Under the pieces are notes generated by a model. It was not told the DNA's origin. It did not search any database and saw only the letters and a program-made list of their open reading frames with translations. From Actinomycetes bacterium (lineage in GTDB: Bacteria; Actinomycetota; Acidimicrobiia; Acidimicrobiales; JAJYPT01): 34,285 nt of DNA. Position numbers and translations under genes: made by a program. Positions 7,929 through 15,667 of this stretch are shown piece by piece. Every line of letters begins with the position of its first letter. Position 1 is the first letter of the stretch. Location of the stretch: contig JAJYPT010000002.1 in assembly GCA_021795135.1 (NCBI GenBank), forward strand, positions 1 to 34,285, read 5' to 3'.

Positions 7929-8729
7929 ATGAGTAAATCAGTAGTATCTTTCTTGAGTGATTATGGTCTAGAAGATGAGTTTGTGGGCGTAGTAAAAGGA
8001 GTTATAGGTTCTTTTTCTCCTTCAACTCCTATAATTGACATAACCCACAATATTTTAGCTCACGACATAAGGGCAGGCAGTTTAGCCTTGGCTAGAGCCG
8101 TACAGTATCTACCTGAAGGAATTGTTTTAGCTATTGTTGACCCTGGAGTTGGAACTGATAGAAAAGCAATTGCTGTTGAGGCAAACGAGGGTGGGAAAAT
8201 ATTTATTGCTCCCGATAACGGTTTGTTGCCTCCTGCTTTGTCTTTATTTGGAGGGGTTAAAAAAGTAGTTGAACTCAACAATGAGCAATATCATATTAAA
8301 GCTTTTGGAGGTACTTTTGCAGGTAGGGATATTTTTGCCCCCGCAGTAGGTCAGCTTTTAGTTGGAACTAACTTAGAAGATCTAGGTGATAGGGTAGAAA
8401 CTCATGATCTCAAGCCGTCTTTATTACCTGTTCCTAAAATCTCCTCAAAATATTTGGAAGCTCAAGTTTTATGGATAGATCATTTTGGTAATGTGCAATT
8501 AAATTTAGATGCTCAAGATATAGATTTTCTAGATAATAATTTGTCATTGGTTATAAATGGTCAGACAATGGATGCAAAACGAGTAAAAACATATCAAGAT
8601 ATAGTCGAACATCAAGTTGGTCTTTTAGTGGATTCTTATGGAATGGCCTGCCTTAGTATGAACTGTCAATCTGCTGCTTTGGCTTTGGATTTGAAAACTT
8701 CTAGTAAAGTTGTATTGAGCAACAAATAG
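7929..8729 (+). CDS. S-adenosyl-L-methionine hydrolase (adenosine-forming) / SAM hydroxide adenosyltransferase family (DUF62; chlorinase/fluorinase superfamily)
   Basis: Family motifs are present: VSFLSDYGLEDEFVGVVKGVI, IVDPGVGTDRKAIAV, IAPDNGLL, GRDIFAPAVG, IDHFGN. Confidence 0.8.
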   Translation: MSKSVVSFLSDYGLEDEFVGVVKGVIGSFSPSTPIIDITHNILAHDIRAGSLALARAVQYLPEGIVLAIVDPGVGTDRKAIAVEANEGGKIFIAPDNGLLPPALSLFGGVKKVVELNNEQYHIKAFGGTFAGRDIFAPAVGQLLVGTNLEDLGDRVETHDLKPSLLPVPKISSKYLEAQVLWIDHFGNVQLNLDAQDIDFLDNNLSLVINGQTMDAKRVKTYQDIVEHQVGLLVDSYGMACLSMNCQSAALALDLKTSSKVVLSNK

Positions 8730-8755
8730 CTCACATCAACAAGAATAGTTTTAGA

Positions 8756-8773
8756 TTGTGAATATGTTTACAA
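8756..8773 (+). promoter_or_regulatory. Rex operator (ROP)-like site overlapping the putative rex promoter
   Basis: TTGTGAA-TATG-TTTACAA against the actinobacterial Rex operator consensus TTGTGAA-N4-TTCACAA gives 13 of 14 half-site positions. TTGTGA can serve as the -35, and TACAAT (8780-8785) as the -10, with an 18-nt spacer. Confidence 0.6.
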
Positions 8774-8776
8774 AGT

Positions 8777-9562
8777 TTGTACAATAGAAATGTGACCAAA
8801 CACTTTTCTAGGGTTCCTGAAGCAACAGTTACTCGTTTGCCTCTATACCTTAGAGCGCTAAAAACATACAACGAGGGCAAAGGAACTATTTCTTCCACTC
8901 AAATTGCCCAATTGGCCGGGGTAACTGCAGCCATTGTGAGAAAAGATCTTTCTTATTTGGGTTCTTTTGGAACTAGAGGTGTTGGCTATGATATGGAGTT
9001 TTTACTTTCCCAAATAAATAGAGAATTAGGTCTCGATCAGAATTGGTCTGTTGTGGTTGTTGGGATGGGACATTTAGGCCATGCTCTAGCTCGCTACGGC
9101 GGATTTTTGGATAAGGGATTCCAAATAGTGAGTCTTTTAGATAACCATGTATCAAAAATTGGAGAAAAAGTAGGAGATCTTTATATTGAAAATGTTGAAG
9201 ATCTCAACACTATAGTAAAAGAACGAAATATATCTATTGGCATAATTGCCACACCTGGAGACGTTGCCCAACAAAGTGCCGATAGGTTAGTAAAAGCTGG
9301 AGTGAAGGCAATTCTTTCCTTTGCTCCTTGTGTAGTAGATGTGCCTAAAACAGTTACTTTTCGTAAAGTAGATATGGCAATTGAATTACAAATATTGAGT
9401 TTTTATCAACAGCGCAAGTCTTTAAAAGATTTTTTTATCAATAATGAGGATTTAGCATCGTTTGAATCGATTGTCAGCTCCAAGCCTCCTGTGATTAACC
9501 AAGATAAATCTGGCAAGGAATCTACAAGTGTTTCGTCTGTTTCTGAAGGTGCTTTAGCCTAA
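8777..9562 (+). CDS. rex: redox-sensing transcriptional repressor Rex
   Basis: PEATVTRLPLYLRAL, RKDLSYLGSFGTRGVGYD and the Rossmann motif VVVGMGHLGHALA are present. The track start is TTG at 8777. An alternative in-frame GTG at 8792 would be leaderless relative to the predicted -10. Confidence 0.9.
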   Translation: MYNRNVTKHFSRVPEATVTRLPLYLRALKTYNEGKGTISSTQIAQLAGVTAAIVRKDLSYLGSFGTRGVGYDMEFLLSQINRELGLDQNWSVVVVGMGHLGHALARYGGFLDKGFQIVSLLDNHVSKIGEKVGDLYIENVEDLNTIVKERNISIGIIATPGDVAQQSADRLVKAGVKAILSFAPCVVDVPKTVTFRKVDMAIELQILSFYQQRKSLKDFFINNEDLASFESIVSSKPPVINQDKSGKESTSVSSVSEGALA

Positions 9563-9564
9563 AG

Positions 9565-10059
9565 ATGTCATCGTTTCCTTACCCAGTCAATTTAGAGTTG
9601 GAAGGAAAGCCCTGTTTGATAGTAGGAGGTGGAAACGTTGCATTGCGAAGAGTAAGAACCCTAATAGATACTGGAGCAAAAATAGTTGTAATTGCGCCTC
9701 AAATAAGGGATGAAATTATCTCAATTGATTCTATCGAGTGTAGACAACGTCCTTATCAATTGGGAGATGTGAAAAATTATTGGTTAGTATTTGCTTGCAC
9801 TAATTCCCCCTCAGTCAATAAAGCGATTTGTAAAGAAGCTGACTCGGTTGGAATTTGGGCAAATAATTCGAATCAAGATTATAAAGGATCTTTTTCTGTC
9901 CCAGCTGTAGGACGTAAGGGATTGATTACTTTATCTGTTGCCACAACTGGAGCCAGTCCTAGCTTAGCTAAAGACTTAAGAGATAAATTCTGTTCTCAGT
10001 TATCACCTCAGACTCTAGCTAGCGCACAGTTTTTAGCAAGTAAAAGGGCTAAGTTTTAA
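9565..10059 (+). CDS. precorrin-2 dehydrogenase / sirohydrochlorin ferrochelatase-like protein (siroheme synthase N-terminal domain, SirC/Met8-like)
   Basis: FPYPVNLELEGKPCLIVGGGNVALRRVRTLIDTGAKIVVIAP (NAD-binding) and SVATTGASPSLAKDLRDK are present. There is no methyltransferase domain. Confidence 0.75.
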   Translation: MSSFPYPVNLELEGKPCLIVGGGNVALRRVRTLIDTGAKIVVIAPQIRDEIISIDSIECRQRPYQLGDVKNYWLVFACTNSPSVNKAICKEADSVGIWANNSNQDYKGSFSVPAVGRKGLITLSVATTGASPSLAKDLRDKFCSQLSPQTLASAQFLASKRAKF

Positions 10060-10160
10060 AAACAAAGAAACTATTGGGAAGATTTATAAAGGTAAAGATT
10101 AATGTATGGACTAATGAAGTTAGTTGATACTGACGTATCAGTAAGGGAGTTACTGCAACA

Positions 10161-11417
10161 GTGTCTGTAATCGTTGTGGGTCTCAACCACAGAAGTGTTA
10201 GTTTAGATGTTTTGGAACGTATGACTATTGATGAATCTGATCTAGCTAAGGCCCTTTATGACTTAGCTAACAGAACCAATATCTCAGAAGTGGTTTTGCT
10301 ATCTACTTGTATGCGTACCGAGATATATGCAGTAATGGAACGTTTTCATGGAGCCATGGGAGATATAAGAGATTTTTTAGTTGAAATTTCAGGTGTAGAC
10401 CCAAACGATTTCAACGATCATCTTTATTCTTACTACGAACAAGCAGCCGTATCTCATTTATTCAACGTAACTGCTGGACTTGATTCGGCTATTTTAGGTG
10501 AAGGAGAGATATTAGGACAAGTCCGTAGCGCTTGGGAAAAAGCTCGAGAAGAAGGAACTTCTGGTCCTGTTTTGTCTTCTTTATTTCGCCATTCTATAGA
10601 AGTAGGAAAACGCGCTCGTTCTGAAACTGCTATTTCTAGGGGTATTACTTCTATTTCTCAAGCAGCAGTTGCAATAGCAGAAGAATTTCTAGGCTCCCAA
10701 AATAATATGAATGCTTTAGTAGTTGGAGCAGGAGATATGGGAAAGGGAATAACCTTATCACTTGCAGCAAATGGAGCTAATATTACCTTGGCAAACAGAG
10801 GAGCTGAAAAAGCTGCTGCTTTGGCAGCTGCAGTTGGGGCTAATACGGTTCCTTTGTCTCAACTAGCTGAAGCTTCTGTTGAAGCAGACATAATTTTTAC
10901 CTCGACTCGTGCAGATTCTTTAATATTTACCTATGATGACTTAGTCAATTTAATGCAAAGGCGAAATCAAGCGCCTTTGATGATAGTAGATGTTGCAGTA
11001 CCAAGAGACGTGGACCCTTCAGCAAGTTCAATTGAAGGTCTCAAACTTTTAGACTTGGACAGCATTAGAGCTTTTGCTGAAGCTGGTATGGCTGAGAGGC
11101 GTAAAGAAGCTGAAAAAGTAGCTCATATTGTTGATGAAGAAGTTTTACGTTATATTGAGTTGACCCAAGCCAGACAAGTGGCTCCTTTGATTCATGATCT
11201 TAGAGAAAAAGCTGATCAAATTAGAGAAAAAGAGCTAGAACGCTATAGAGGGCGTTTGCAATCTTTATCAGATAGAGATAGAGATACTGTAGAAGCTTTG
11301 ACTAAAGGAATCATAAATAAACTTTTACATAATCCAACCATTGAGTTAAAAAGTGCTGCAGGAAGTCCAAAAGGAGAGCGCCTCGCCGATGTAGTTCGCG
11401 TTCTATTTGATCTTTAG
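10161..11417 (+). CDS. hemA: glutamyl-tRNA reductase
   Basis: VVGLNHRSVSLDVLERM, the catalytic Cys region LSTCMRTEIY, AILGEGEILGQV and the NADPH motif VVGAGDMG are present. GTG start with GGGAG 11 nt upstream. Confidence 0.93.
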   Translation: MSVIVVGLNHRSVSLDVLERMTIDESDLAKALYDLANRTNISEVVLLSTCMRTEIYAVMERFHGAMGDIRDFLVEISGVDPNDFNDHLYSYYEQAAVSHLFNVTAGLDSAILGEGEILGQVRSAWEKAREEGTSGPVLSSLFRHSIEVGKRARSETAISRGITSISQAAVAIAEEFLGSQNNMNALVVGAGDMGKGITLSLAANGANITLANRGAEKAAALAAAVGANTVPLSQLAEASVEADIIFTSTRADSLIFTYDDLVNLMQRRNQAPLMIVDVAVPRDVDPSASSIEGLKLLDLDSIRAFAEAGMAERRKEAEKVAHIVDEEVLRYIELTQARQVAPLIHDLREKADQIREKELERYRGRLQSLSDRDRDTVEALTKGIINKLLHNPTIELKSAAGSPKGERLADVVRVLFDL

Positions 11418-11456
11418 TGTGTGGTTATATTTATTTTGTAGATATAAGGAAATTTT

Positions 11457-12371
11457 TTGTCTAAATCTTTCTTGAATGTAGCTACTAGAACCAGTGCATT
11501 GGCTTTGTGGCAAACAAGACATGTTATTGATCAGCTGGGTAAATCTAGTGAGCTTAGAAATTCAGTTGATTTCAAAGAACTAGCTGTAGATACTTTAGGC
11601 GATAAGAATCAAAATGTACCAATTTGGAATTTAGGTGGTCAAGGAGTATTTGTAAAAGAAGTTCAGTCTGCGGTCTTGACTGGAAAAGCAGCTTTTGCTG
11701 TTCATTCTGCCAAAGATTTACCTTCCTTGGAACATCCAGAGCTTACCATTGCAGCTATTTTAGAAAGAGAAGATCCAAGGGATATGCTGGTTGGATCTTC
11801 TCTTGAATCTTTAACTCCAGGGGCTCTGGTTGCAACTGGATCGGTTCGCAGAAGAGCACAATTAGCTTTTTTAAGACCCGATATTTGTTTCAGTGGTCTT
11901 AGGGGAAATATTCAAACTCGTCTAGAAAAAGCCAATAATTATTCAGCGATTGTAATGGCTGTAGCTGCGATAAAAAGACTAAATATTACATATTTTGAAA
12001 ATCAAATTCTTGAGCCATGGCAAATGTTGCCCCAAGTTGGACAAGGAGCTATTGCTGTAGAGTGTAGAAAAGATGACAAAGAAGTAATTGAAATTTTGTC
12101 TAAAATTGATCACAAACCCACACGGATGGCCATAGAAGCTGAGAGAAGTTTTTTATCTGAATTAGGTTCTGGATGTGACTTGCCTATAGGAGCTTATGCA
12201 ACAAATCAAAGCAATGGAGATATTTCTTTGGAGGCAATGATTGCAAGCATAGATGGTCATATTGTTTTAAAAAAACAAGCCAGCTCGACAGATCCTAAAA
12301 ATTTAGGAAAAAATTTAGCATTAGAATTATTGGCAGTAGGAGGAAGTCGACTATTGGATATAAAGCAATAG
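11457..12371 (+). CDS. hemC: hydroxymethylbilane synthase (porphobilinogen deaminase)
   Basis: VATRTSALALWQTRHV, GGQGVFVKEVQ, GSVRRRAQL, LRGNIQTRL and the cofactor Cys region LGSGCDLPIGAYA are present. TTG start. Confidence 0.9.
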   Translation: MSKSFLNVATRTSALALWQTRHVIDQLGKSSELRNSVDFKELAVDTLGDKNQNVPIWNLGGQGVFVKEVQSAVLTGKAAFAVHSAKDLPSLEHPELTIAAILEREDPRDMLVGSSLESLTPGALVATGSVRRRAQLAFLRPDICFSGLRGNIQTRLEKANNYSAIVMAVAAIKRLNITYFENQILEPWQMLPQVGQGAIAVECRKDDKEVIEILSKIDHKPTRMAIEAERSFLSELGSGCDLPIGAYATNQSNGDISLEAMIASIDGHIVLKKQASSTDPKNLGKNLALELLAVGGSRLLDIKQ

Positions 12372-12384
12372 TCGAATATTTTTT
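12347..12384 (+). terminator. Rho-independent terminator candidate overlapping the hemC stop codon
   Basis: 10-bp perfect stem: TCGACTATTG (12347-12356) and CAATAGTCGA (12366-12375), with a 9-nt loop. It is followed by ATATTTTTT. The hemC TAG (12369-12371) lies inside the 3' arm. Confidence 0.6.
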
Positions 12385-12444
12385 ATAAAAATTTATATAT
12401 AGGAAATAGTTTCAATTCTTTATATATTTTAAATGTTTGCAATA

Positions 12445-12515
12445 ATAAAGTTGTTATAGCAAGGACTTTGGTTATAGATAAAGTTGTTTTTATTAAATAA
12501 TTTGAGACAACTTTA
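12445..12515. repeat. Short direct/inverted repeats in the hemC-hemD AT-rich spacer
   Basis: ATAAAGTTGTT occurs at 12445-12455 and 12478-12488. GTTATAG occurs at 12452-12458 and 12471-12477. The inverted copy ACAACTTTA lies at 12507-12515. Function is unknown. Confidence 0.4.
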
Positions 12516-12581
12516 GTATAAAAAACTAAAGGAAGAGTTTTATAACTTACTAAAGCAAAAATTATTGAAGGACTTGATTAG

Positions 12582-13379
12582 TTGGAAGATATTGTAGGAT
12601 CCAAACAAAAAACTAGCTTCAATAATGAACAATATCTTCTTTCTCATTGTCGAGTTGTTGTAACCCGTCCAGAAAAACAATCTAGGTCTCTTATTGAAAA
12701 ACTAGAACAAATTGGAGCCCAAGTAATTATTGCTCCAACTATAGAGGTAGTTCCAATAAGGGAAAATAGTGCTTTTATAGCTCAAATCTGCCAATCTATT
12801 TCTGATTACGACTGGGTTATTTTTACTTCAGCTAACGCTGTTGATTATTTTATGGAATTTGTTGAAGATGTTGACAGCTTTAGTTCTACCAAAATAGCTT
12901 GTATAGGCTCTGCAACCTCTAAGGCTTTAAATAGGTATAATTTGATGGCGGATTTGATTCCTAAGAATTTTGTAGCTGAAGATTTATTAGAGTCATTTCC
13001 TTTTGTTGCTGCCCAAGATAAGGGGAAAATACTATTTCCTCGTTCAGCCCAAGCAAGAGATGTATTACCAAAAGGGTTAAAAGCAAAGGGTTGGCACGTA
13101 CAAGGTGTAGATGTCTATAGGGTTGTAAAGCCTCAATTGTCTAAAGAGGTACTCGATAGGGCTCAAGTTGGAGATGTAATAACTTTTACCTCTCCTTCTA
13201 GTGTTGATAATTATCTTGAATTGACAAATACAAAACAAATCACTGCTTCAATTGTATGCATAGGCTCTGTTACAGCCGAACATGTTAGAAGCAAGGGGTT
13301 AAAACCAGCAGCTGTTGCTCAAGATCATAGTGTTGAGGGATTGATTGAAGCTATTTGTAGCACTTGGAAGCAGAAATAA
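12582..13379 (+). CDS. hemD: uroporphyrinogen-III synthase (stand-alone, no methyltransferase fusion)
   Basis: HEM4-type pattern: VVVTRPEKQSRSLIEKLEQIGAQVIIAPTIEV, DWVIFTSANAV, IACIGSATSKAL, VITFTSPSSV, IVCIGSVTAEH. TTG start, so the start position is uncertain. Confidence 0.8.
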   Translation: MEDIVGSKQKTSFNNEQYLLSHCRVVVTRPEKQSRSLIEKLEQIGAQVIIAPTIEVVPIRENSAFIAQICQSISDYDWVIFTSANAVDYFMEFVEDVDSFSSTKIACIGSATSKALNRYNLMADLIPKNFVAEDLLESFPFVAAQDKGKILFPRSAQARDVLPKGLKAKGWHVQGVDVYRVVKPQLSKEVLDRAQVGDVITFTSPSSVDNYLELTNTKQITASIVCIGSVTAEHVRSKGLKPAAVAQDHSVEGLIEAICSTWKQK

Positions 13380-13419
13380 TATTTGGAGGAATTTTGATCT
13401 ATAAAAAGAGGCATCAAAG

Positions 13420-14406
13420 ATGAGTAGTTTTCCCTTGACAAGAATGAGAAGAATGAGAAGGACATCTCAGCTAAGGGCGTTAGTAGCTGAGACTCAACTG
13501 GTAGTTCAAGATTTAGTAGCTCCACTTTTTGTACGTGAAGGTCTTGAATCTTTAGTGGAAATCCCTTCTTTACCTGGAGTATTTCAGCATAGTATTTCTA
13601 GTCTTTTAGAAGAGATTCAATATCTTGTATCTTTAGGAGTCAATGCTGTTACTTTATTTGGAATTCCAGCAGAAAAAGATGGACAAGGAAGTTGTGCTTG
13701 GGAACAAGATGGGGTTATCCAAGTTGCTACAAAGGCTATAAAAGATAATTTTGGTGACCAAGTAGTAGTTATAACAGACCTATGTTTAGATGAATATATC
13801 TCCCATGGACATTGTGGAATTTTAGATAACCATGGACAAGTAGACAACGATGCGACTTTAGAAGTCTATAAAAAAATTGCCCAGACTCAAGCCCAAGCTG
13901 GATCAGACATAATAGCTCCTAGTGGGATGATGGATGGACAAGTTTTGGCTATTCGTAAAGGTCTAGATGAAGTAGGATTTTCTAACTTGCCTATATTGGC
14001 TTATTCAGCTAAATATGCATCTTCTTTGTATGGTCCTTTTAGGGATGCAGTAAATGTCGAAGTTCAAGGCGGAGGAGATAGGAAGGGCTATCAACAAGAC
14101 TATAAAAACTCCAAAGAAGCAATGATTGAAATAGAATTAGATATTCAAGAAGGTGCAGACATGGTAATGGTCAAACCCGCTCTTGCGTATCTAGATATTA
14201 TATCTAAAGCTAGCCATCGCTTTGATGTTCCAGTTGCTGCTTATCATGTAAGTGGAGAATATGCAATGATAAAAGCTGCTGCTGAACGAGGTTGGATTGA
14301 TGGTTTGGCTGTGACTTTAGAACATCTTGGAGCGATTAAAAGGGCAGGAGCAAGTTTTATTTTAACCTATTCAGCAAGTGAAGTAGCAGAGGCATTAGGT
14401 GAGTAA
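13420..14406 (+). CDS. hemB: porphobilinogen synthase (delta-aminolevulinate dehydratase)
   Basis: The N-terminus RMRRMRRTSQLRALVAE and the Schiff-base lysine regions MVMVKPA and AYHVSGEYAM are present. The metal-site segment is DLCLDEYISHGHCG. Confidence 0.93.
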   Translation: MSSFPLTRMRRMRRTSQLRALVAETQLVVQDLVAPLFVREGLESLVEIPSLPGVFQHSISSLLEEIQYLVSLGVNAVTLFGIPAEKDGQGSCAWEQDGVIQVATKAIKDNFGDQVVVITDLCLDEYISHGHCGILDNHGQVDNDATLEVYKKIAQTQAQAGSDIIAPSGMMDGQVLAIRKGLDEVGFSNLPILAYSAKYASSLYGPFRDAVNVEVQGGGDRKGYQQDYKNSKEAMIEIELDIQEGADMVMVKPALAYLDIISKASHRFDVPVAAYHVSGEYAMIKAAAERGWIDGLAVTLEHLGAIKRAGASFILTYSASEVAEALGE

Positions 14407-15667
14407 GGAAATTTCTAATCATAACCTGTATCAAAGAGCCATAAAAGTAATTCCAGGGGGCGTCAATTCTCCTGTTAGATCTTTTAATTCTGTAAATGGG
14501 GACCCTTATTTTGTTAAAAAAGCAGAGGGTGCTTTTGTAACAGATGTAGATGATAATACTTATTTAGATTATGTTCAATCCTATGGGGCAATTATTTTAG
14601 GCCATGCTCATCCAGCCCCTTTGGCAGCTGTTCAAGAAGCGGTTGTAAATGGAAGTACCTATGGAGCACCTACTTTACAAGAAGTGCTCTTAGCTGAAGA
14701 AATAGTTGAACGAGTTCCAGGTTGTGAAATGATTCGCTTGACTTCTTCAGGTACAGAAGCAGCAATGACAGCTATTAGGCTGGCCCGAGGATTTACCAAT
14801 AGGGAAAAAATAGTAAAATTTTCAGGTTGCTATCATGGACATAGCGATTCATTATTAGCCGAAGGTGGAAGCGGAGTAGCTACTTTGGGAGTCGTTGGCT
14901 CTTTAGGGGTTACTAAGGGTTCTGTAGCTGATACTTTGGTGGTGCCTTATAACCAAGTTCCTGTTTTAGATGAAACAGTAGCTGCTGTAATAGTAGAACC
15001 AGTAGCTGCAAATATGGGTTTAGTTCCTCCCATAGAGGGTTTTTTGGAAGGACTTCGAAAAGCTTGTGATGAAGTAGGAGCTTTATTAATATTTGACGAA
15101 GTTATAACTGGTTTTCGTATTTCAAAATCAGGAGCATCTGGTTGGAGTGGAATAACCCCTGATCTTTGGTGTTTTGGCAAAGTCATAGGAGGAGGTCTAC
15201 CTATGGGAGCTGTTGGGGGAAAAGCCCAAATTATGTCAGACTTAGCCCCCACTGGTTCGGTTTATCAAGCTGGGACTTTGTCTGGAAATCCATTAGCTAC
15301 TGCAGCTGGATTAGCAGTATTGAAATATTTAGATGATGATGTTTATCATTCTTTAGCCCAAAAGACACTTTATTTAGCCCAAGGCCTGGAACAGGCTGCT
15401 TTTGATGCGGGTATCGAAATACAGGTAAATAGGGTGGAATCTTTGATGAGCATTTTCTTTAGTGACCAAAAAATCATTAATTACGATCAGGTAAAAGTTT
15501 GTGCAAATAATGGTAAATATACCAAATTCTTTTGGTCAATGCTTAGGCAAGGAATCTCTTTTGCGCCTGGTCCTTATGAAACAGTTTTTGTTACAGTTGC
15601 CCATCAAGAACAAGATTTAGATAGGACGATACAAGCGAGTAAAATCGCTTTTAGCCAAATTAGTTAA
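14399..15667 (+). CDS. hemL: glutamate-1-semialdehyde 2,1-aminomutase
   Basis: IPGGVNSPVRSF, SGTEAAMTAIRLARG, FDEVITGFR and the PLP lysine region FGKVIGGGLP are present. The GTG start overlaps the hemB end by 8 nt. Confidence 0.93.
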   Translation: MSKEISNHNLYQRAIKVIPGGVNSPVRSFNSVNGDPYFVKKAEGAFVTDVDDNTYLDYVQSYGAIILGHAHPAPLAAVQEAVVNGSTYGAPTLQEVLLAEEIVERVPGCEMIRLTSSGTEAAMTAIRLARGFTNREKIVKFSGCYHGHSDSLLAEGGSGVATLGVVGSLGVTKGSVADTLVVPYNQVPVLDETVAAVIVEPVAANMGLVPPIEGFLEGLRKACDEVGALLIFDEVITGFRISKSGASGWSGITPDLWCFGKVIGGGLPMGAVGGKAQIMSDLAPTGSVYQAGTLSGNPLATAAGLAVLKYLDDDVYHSLAQKTLYLAQGLEQAAFDAGIEIQVNRVESLMSIFFSDQKIINYDQVKVCANNGKYTKFFWSMLRQGISFAPGPYETVFVTVAHQEQDLDRTIQASKIAFSQIS

